This document shows positions 59,267 to 64,000 of a stretch of DNA of 64,000 bases, piece after piece. Location: assembly GCA_020353055.1 (NCBI GenBank), contig CP070686.1:94804-158803 (forward strand), written 5' to 3'. The notes beneath the pieces were generated by a model. The model was not told the origin of the DNA, searched no databases, and saw only the letters and a program-made list of their open reading frames with translations. Numbering within the stretch: position 1 is the first letter of the stretch; every line of letters begins with the position of its first letter. The stretch comes from a candidate division WOR-3 bacterium (GTDB taxonomy: Bacteria > Hydrothermota > Tepidihabitantia > SM23-42). Made by a program: the position numbers and the translations under genes.

Positions 59267-59748
59267 ATGGGCACAGATTTTATGTAATCCTCATATTCTT
59301 TGCCGAACTTGGAGATCAGTAATCGCTCCTCATACCGGGAAATGACATGGTAGAATACCACAATTACTGCACATAACACCCCAGAAAAAATGGATAGCGT
59401 GAAGGTCAGCAGGCCAAAGTAGAAAAGAACACATCCCAGGTATATCGGGTGTCTGACTCGATTGAATACACCCGCCCTGATGACCGCAGGCTCTTTACGC
59501 TCCTCGCCAAAAACGATACGCATGCCTTCTTTTGCAAAATACACCGCCGCAGCGAGGAAAAGCAATCCCAAAGGTATTCTGATAGATAGCGACACGTATT
59601 GCGCAAGTAAGGTCGAAAAACGTAATATAAAAGAATCAAACACCCATACAATCAAGAAGATGATGAGTAAAATGATCTGGCCCGCATCTCCAAATGGATG
59701 TTCACCCGCCAGGTCTTCTCGATTTTCATGACCCCACTGCCGGCTCAT
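59236..59748 (-). CDS. Isoprenylcysteine carboxyl methyltransferase (ICMT)/phospholipid methyltransferase family membrane protein
   Basis: RHPIYLG ... EExLxxKFGxEYxxYxxxV C-terminal motif. TM helices. Confidence 0.65.
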   Translation of the reverse strand: MSRQWGHENREDLAGEHPFGDAGQIILLIIFLIVWVFDSFILRFSTLLAQYVSLSIRIPLGLLFLAAAVYFAKEGMRIVFGEERKEPAVIRAGVFNRVRHPIYLGCVLFYFGLLTFTLSIFSGVLCAVIVVFYHVISRYEERLLISKFGKEYEDYIKSVPMWFPRFRSTQ

Positions 59749-59758
59749 ACGTCACCTC

Positions 59759-60952
59759 CTATTTAAGTGACTCATCTGCTTCCTCAAGCAGTTCGCCGAT
59801 TGGAATTTTCTGGGGACATTTCTCCTCGCATTCGCCGCATTTAGTACACTGATCTGCCCGGTTTTCGGGTTTGATGAACACTCGGTAGGCCCATCTCGAA
59901 TCTTCAACCGCGTCATACATACATGCGTCATTAAATAATTCCAGAATGAATGAAATCGGTATGTTCTTGGCACAAGGCATACAATAGCCGCACTGACTGC
60001 AGTTCACCTTTGTTCTCGATTGGTAGAATTTCTTTGCCCGGGCATACAGCACCAATTCTTCAGCGGTCAGACTGTTCATGTGCTCTTGCGACGCAAAAGC
60101 GATATTCTCCTTTACCTGTTCCAGGGTGCTCATACCACTCAACAAGCAGCTGACTTCCGGTCTATTCAAAACCCAGCGCAGGGCAAATTGTGCTGGCGTC
60201 TGGTGCCAAGCCGACTTGCTTATGAGATTCGTGACCTGAAGAGGTACATTGTTGGCAAGTTTGCCGCCCCGCAGCGGTTCCATTATCATGACCGCGAGGC
60301 CTTTCTCATGCGCATACTCCAGGCCTTCGATTCCCGCCTGATAATGGTCGTCGACATAGTTGAGTTGAATAAGACAGAACGTCCACGGATAAGCATCAAC
60401 TATCTTCTTGAAGAGTGGCAATTCATCGTGGTACGAGAAGCCTGCCAACCTGATCTTACCGGCCTTGAGCAGTCTATCCAGAAAACGGAGAACATCGTGA
60501 TCGTTCACAGTCTTCCAGCCGTTCTTGCCAAGCGAATGTAACAAGTACATATCAAGATAGTCGACGTGCAAACGCTGTAGTTGCTCGTCGAAATATTTCT
60601 GGGAGTCGGCTTTCGATTTTATCAACCAAACGGGAAGCTTTGTACCCAAATAGATCTTTTGACGGTATCCTTGCTTGAGCGCCTTGCCCAAAAAGACCTC
60701 GCTCGTCTGGCGGTGGTAGGGATACGCGTTATCTACGTAATTGACACCATTATCGATCGCGTAGTGCAACATATGAGTCGCTCTAGTTTCATCGATCTTT
60801 GTCGGATCATATTCATCTATCAATGGAAATCTCATGGCACCAAAACCTAATTGTGATAGTTCAATGCCTGTCTTGCCGAACTTTCGATATATCATATCTT
60901 CTATTTTAGATGCGGGGAGATGGTTGTCAATGAAGGAAATGCGGGAGTACAA
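59759..60952 (-). CDS. Aldo/keto reductase fused to a C-terminal 4Fe-4S ferredoxin domain
   Basis: AKR motifs (GxxxxDxAxxY). The C-terminus carries CSQCGYCMPC...CTKCGECEEKCP. The start could instead be the internal ATG at 60895. Confidence 0.7.
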   Translation of the reverse strand: MYSRISFIDNHLPASKIEDMIYRKFGKTGIELSQLGFGAMRFPLIDEYDPTKIDETRATHMLHYAIDNGVNYVDNAYPYHRQTSEVFLGKALKQGYRQKIYLGTKLPVWLIKSKADSQKYFDEQLQRLHVDYLDMYLLHSLGKNGWKTVNDHDVLRFLDRLLKAGKIRLAGFSYHDELPLFKKIVDAYPWTFCLIQLNYVDDHYQAGIEGLEYAHEKGLAVMIMEPLRGGKLANNVPLQVTNLISKSAWHQTPAQFALRWVLNRPEVSCLLSGMSTLEQVKENIAFASQEHMNSLTAEELVLYARAKKFYQSRTKVNCSQCGYCMPCAKNIPISFILELFNDACMYDAVEDSRWAYRVFIKPENRADQCTKCGECEEKCPQKIPIGELLEEADESLK

Positions 60953-61019
60953 CCCTCACGAATTTTGCTCAAAATTACTTTTGATGTCAGAATTCAGTGT
61001 CCCGGTTTAGTTAAAGAAA

Positions 61020-61574
61020 TTAGGGAGAACTGCCCTGTATTACTACGTACTCCCTCGGCACCTCTCGTGTCAACCAGATACCGCTTTCCGTCTTAAAGAA
61101 TTCAAATCCTTTTTCGTGCATTGCTCTTGCTTGTACTACAACAACAACAGGCTCACCGTGCCTGCTGCCAACCTCAACCGCAGTCTTCTCCTCCTCGACA
61201 AGATGCACATATTGTCTGGTCCCGGGGCCGACCCCTTCACCGTCGATTGATTGCAGGAATTGTGTTGCCGTGCCGTGATAGAGAAATTCCGGAGGTTCAG
61301 CCGGCGCATGCACCGGTGTTACGGGTATTGAGTGACCGTAATTTGCCCGAATTCTTGAGCCATCCTCATCAAAAGAAAATCTCTTCTTCTCACCACCTTC
61401 CACGACTTGACGCAGGATAGGCCTGTCGAGCAGAACACCGGCATCAAATGACTTTTTTATCAATTCACCGACATCTGCCCATCCCTCGCTATCCAGGATC
61501 AGTCCGATCGTCTCAGGTTTGTGCCTTAATACGAGGCTCAGGAATTTACTGATTCTGATGTATTTGCTATCCAT
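61020..61574 (-). CDS. kptA: RNA 2'-phosphotransferase Tpt1/KptA
   Basis: ISKFLSLVLRH...GWA...HGT Tpt1 family motifs. 184 aa. Confidence 0.85.
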   Translation of the reverse strand: MDSKYIRISKFLSLVLRHKPETIGLILDSEGWADVGELIKKSFDAGVLLDRPILRQVVEGGEKKRFSFDEDGSRIRANYGHSIPVTPVHAPAEPPEFLYHGTATQFLQSIDGEGVGPGTRQYVHLVEEEKTAVEVGSRHGEPVVVVVQARAMHEKGFEFFKTESGIWLTREVPREYVVIQGSSP

Positions 61575-61715
61575 TTTTCTCGAAATCTATTCAACTTACC
61601 TACAATAATATACATACGAGGACGTTTGTCAAAGGGTCTTCTCAGCACCTAACATAATCCTTGACATTAGTTCTATATCGTATTATACTATATAGAATAA
61701 CTTAAGGGAGGATCG

Positions 61716-62189
61716 ATGAAAGAGATAAACATGAAAGACGCTGGCCTGGAGCTGCTGGAATCGGCTGATACCGTATATGTAACAACCATCGATGAGGATG
61801 GATATCCGCAGACAAGATGCATGTTCAACCTCCGCAACAAGAGGAAATTTCCCAAACTGATCGATGTCTTCAAAAACCATAATGAAGATTTCATGGTCCT
61901 ATTTACGACCAACACGTCCTCGGAAAAAATCGCTCAGATAAAGAGAAATTCCGCAGTGTGTCTCTACTACTGCAAGCCCGATAAATTCCAAGGCATCATG
62001 CTCTCCGGAGATATGGAAATCGCGAATGACCCCAAAATTAGAGAAGCGCTATGGCATGAAGGATGGGAACGCTATTACCCGAAAGGGCCGCACGACCCTG
62101 ACCATACGGTTCTTCGTATGTATCCAAAAAAAGCCAAGGGATGGTATGAGAGCCGGACTTTCGCCTTCAGACTGAAGGAGACAAAGTGA
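61716..62189 (+). CDS. Pyridoxamine 5'-phosphate oxidase family / general stress protein 26-like FMN-binding protein
   Basis: Split-barrel family pattern (VYVTTIDEDGYPQTR...AVCLYY). AGGGAGG ribosome-binding site. Confidence 0.6.
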   Translation: MKEINMKDAGLELLESADTVYVTTIDEDGYPQTRCMFNLRNKRKFPKLIDVFKNHNEDFMVLFTTNTSSEKIAQIKRNSAVCLYYCKPDKFQGIMLSGDMEIANDPKIREALWHEGWERYYPKGPHDPDHTVLRMYPKKAKGWYESRTFAFRLKETK

Positions 62190-62635
62190 AACAACAGCGC
62201 CAAGGTGGTTTTTTAATTGCGAAGATACATCAAATAGCCGGACGAATATTCGGTGGTAAATTGCGGGCCGCCGGTATTGATTTGAATCCTGCCCAAGGGC
62301 GGATCATGTTCGTGCTCTGGCATACGGACCGGATCCCGATCAACGAACTGGCAAAGAAAACATCACTGGGCAAATCGACACTTACCAGCATGCTTGACCG
62401 TCTCGAGTCATCCGGCTACTTGTCACGCATCCCGTCACCTGACGACCGCCGCACAATACTAATAGAACGAACAGATAAGGACAAGGCATTCGAAAAGATC
62501 TATACCGAATTGTCTGCGGATATGACCCGGCTTTTCTACAAGGAATTCAACAAGAAAGAAATCAATCAGTTCGAAGCCTATCTCCTCAGGATATTTGAGA
62601 ATCTCACCAGATATGAGAACTCAGCAAAGTTTTAG
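62186..62635 (+). CDS. MarR family transcriptional regulator
   Basis: Winged-helix region INELAKKTSLGKSTLTSMLDRLESSGYLSR...DRR. Overlaps the upstream stop. Confidence 0.8.
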   Translation: MKQQRQGGFLIAKIHQIAGRIFGGKLRAAGIDLNPAQGRIMFVLWHTDRIPINELAKKTSLGKSTLTSMLDRLESSGYLSRIPSPDDRRTILIERTDKDKAFEKIYTELSADMTRLFYKEFNKKEINQFEAYLLRIFENLTRYENSAKF

Positions 62636-62664
62636 ACAATGTCTCAACAAGAAGTGGCGATGAA

Positions 62665-63095
62665 ATGGACGATGTGAACAATAGTAGAGTAGTATCAGAA
62701 AAGGCCATCGCAAGTGAGCGTGCTGCGCTCGATCGCTGGGGCAAAGGCGACCCCTGGGGATTTACCGGGATAAGCGCGGATGAAGTAACCTATTTCGACA
62801 TGGGCACTGAAAGACGGCTAGATGGCATAGAATCTTTAAAGCAGCTCTACGCTTCCAGAGAGGGAAAGATCAAAATTGAAAGGTATGAGATGCTAAACCC
62901 CAAGTGCAGATACATGGCGAAACAGCAGTGCTCACCTTCAACCTAATTGGCTATATATGCGATCCCCAAGAACCAATGGAAGAAGTCCACTGGAACGCCA
63001 CCGAAGTATACTGGCGGGTCAGCGGCACACGGAAGATAATTCATACGCACTGGTCTCATACATACGAATCGCCCCAAAGACATACGAAAATATGA
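62665..63095 (+). pseudogene. DUF4440/SnoaL-like protein split by a -1 frameshift near 62901
   Basis: ORFs 62665..62946 and 62904..63095 join into one contiguous DUF4440-like sequence (...ERYEMLNPK|VQIHGETAVLTF...IIHTHWS) if one nucleotide is added before 62904. Confidence 0.4.
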
Positions 63096-63132
63096 TTGTT
63101 TTTCAGATCACAACATCGCTTAGATAAATGAT

Positions 63133-63483
63133 TTAGGTCTTTCTTTTCAACCAGAAATCAAAAGACCTGCCGGGAACAAAGATATCAATGCCTATCGATT
63201 CCTCATCGAGCGCATTAGAGATCGAGTGTGGTTCACTAGACTCAAAATATGCAGCATCACCAGGTTCGAGCGCGGATTCTTTGCCGCCCCCTCCTCTGAC
63301 AAACATCTTACCCTTCAGCACAACACATACTTGCTCGTGCGGATGTTCGTGCAGCGGCGATGAATGTCTCGGCGGTTTTACAAAGTATTCAACCGATATG
63401 TTTTGCTCATCACATACACTTGCGCGCAACCAACCCTTTTCCGGCTCGTATTTTTCAGCATCTTTCAAATGTATGACCCGCAT
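63133..63483 (-). CDS. Cupin domain protein
   Basis: GGAGG ribosome-binding site 6 nt upstream of the internal ATG. Cupin motifs HEHPHEQVCVVLKG and PGDAAYFESSEPH. Confidence 0.6.
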   Translation of the reverse strand: MRVIHLKDAEKYEPEKGWLRASVCDEQNISVEYFVKPPRHSSPLHEHPHEQVCVVLKGKMFVRGGGGKESALEPGDAAYFESSEPHSISNALDEESIGIDIFVPGRSFDFWLKRKT

Positions 63484-63752
63484 GAATAACCTCCATTTTT
63501 CTGCCAGGGCATCTGCTGTATCGGCTTGTGGTTGCATCCATTATTTCTGCCGTCAACAGATATTGCGATACCCACGATAATACTGTAGTCATTTTTTTGA
63601 CTCAAAACCCTGGCTAATTCTCGACATTTCAGTATAGATGAAACTTCCTCCGAGTCAACGTCGAGAGCATAAAATAAGGACCGCAGGATCGAAAAGGATA
63701 TATTGACTTTTTCGAAGACGGCACTATAGTAGTAAGGGATCAACCGGACAGC

Positions 63753-64000
63753 ATGAAAACTGGAAGCCATATCGAAAGCTTTAACCTTTTACCTGGTCGC
63801 CTCATTGCCGGCAAGTATGAAGTGCTCGCTTCCCTGGGCAGTGGGTGGGAAGGTGAAGTCTACCGCGTCAGAGAAAGAAACACAGGAGTCGAAAGGGCGG
63901 CAAAGGTGTTCTTCCCTCAGAGGAACAGACATGAGCGGGCCACGAAATTCTACGCCAGAAAACTGCACAGACTCCGCCACTGCGCTATTTTGATACAATA
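63753..64000 (+). CDS. Partial CDS (5' end only; the gene continues beyond position 64000): protein kinase-like
   Basis: My own translation gives MKTGSHIESFNLLPGRLIAGKYEVLASLGSGWEGEVYRV...AAKVF, a glycine-rich loop followed by AxK. The frame is open to the window edge. Confidence 0.4.
   Translation, partial: MKTGSHIESFNLLPGRLIAGKYEVLASLGSGWEGEVYRVRERNTGVERAAKVFFPQRNRHERATKFYARKLHRLRHCAILIQ

Overview
This 64 kb window is a gene-dense chromosomal segment of roughly 50% GC, most likely from an anaerobic, uncultivated member of the FCB superphylum. That placement rests on four proteins with T9SS C-terminal sorting domains, a rubrerythrin, a ferredoxin and a corrinoid methyltransferase operon. 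Strong GGAGG-type ribosome-binding sites argue against Bacteroidia proper. There are no rRNA or tRNA genes, no CRISPR array and no transposase or integrase.

Ordered contents:
- the 5' end of an M6/InhA-like secreted metalloprotease (runs off the window at position 1)
- a type IV minor-pilin operon: FimT/GspH-like, PilV, PilW, PilX, a vWA-containing PilY1, and a small lipoprotein
- a repeat-containing lipoprotein, then a ferredoxin
- rsmG, mazG, a PSP1/YaaT gene, an FtsB-like gene and an MFS transporter
- a 1560-aa FG-GAP adhesin with a T9SS C-terminal domain
- two conserved ~148-aa paralogs flanking a MATE transporter and a DUF885 lipoprotein
- rubrerythrin, a CPDase-like 2H phosphoesterase, and a divergent PurF-like gene with Cys1 replaced by Ser
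- a second DUF885 gene, then a zinc-ribbon protein with a QF-repeat membrane domain
- an S8 protease, yedK (SRAP), and M23-like and C25-like T9SS cargo proteins
- threonine aldolase and a cluster of small Cys-rich proteins
- secreted MsrAB, an ECF sigma / anti-sigma pair
- a tightly coupled four-gene corrinoid operon (MttB-family methyltransferase, MetH activation domain, B12-binding protein, homocysteine-binding methyltransferase)
- yjbQ, cyclophilin, an AKR-ferredoxin fusion, kptA (Tpt1), MarR, a frameshifted DUF4440-like gene, and the start of a protein kinase

The corrinoid operon is the most interesting candidate system in the window.
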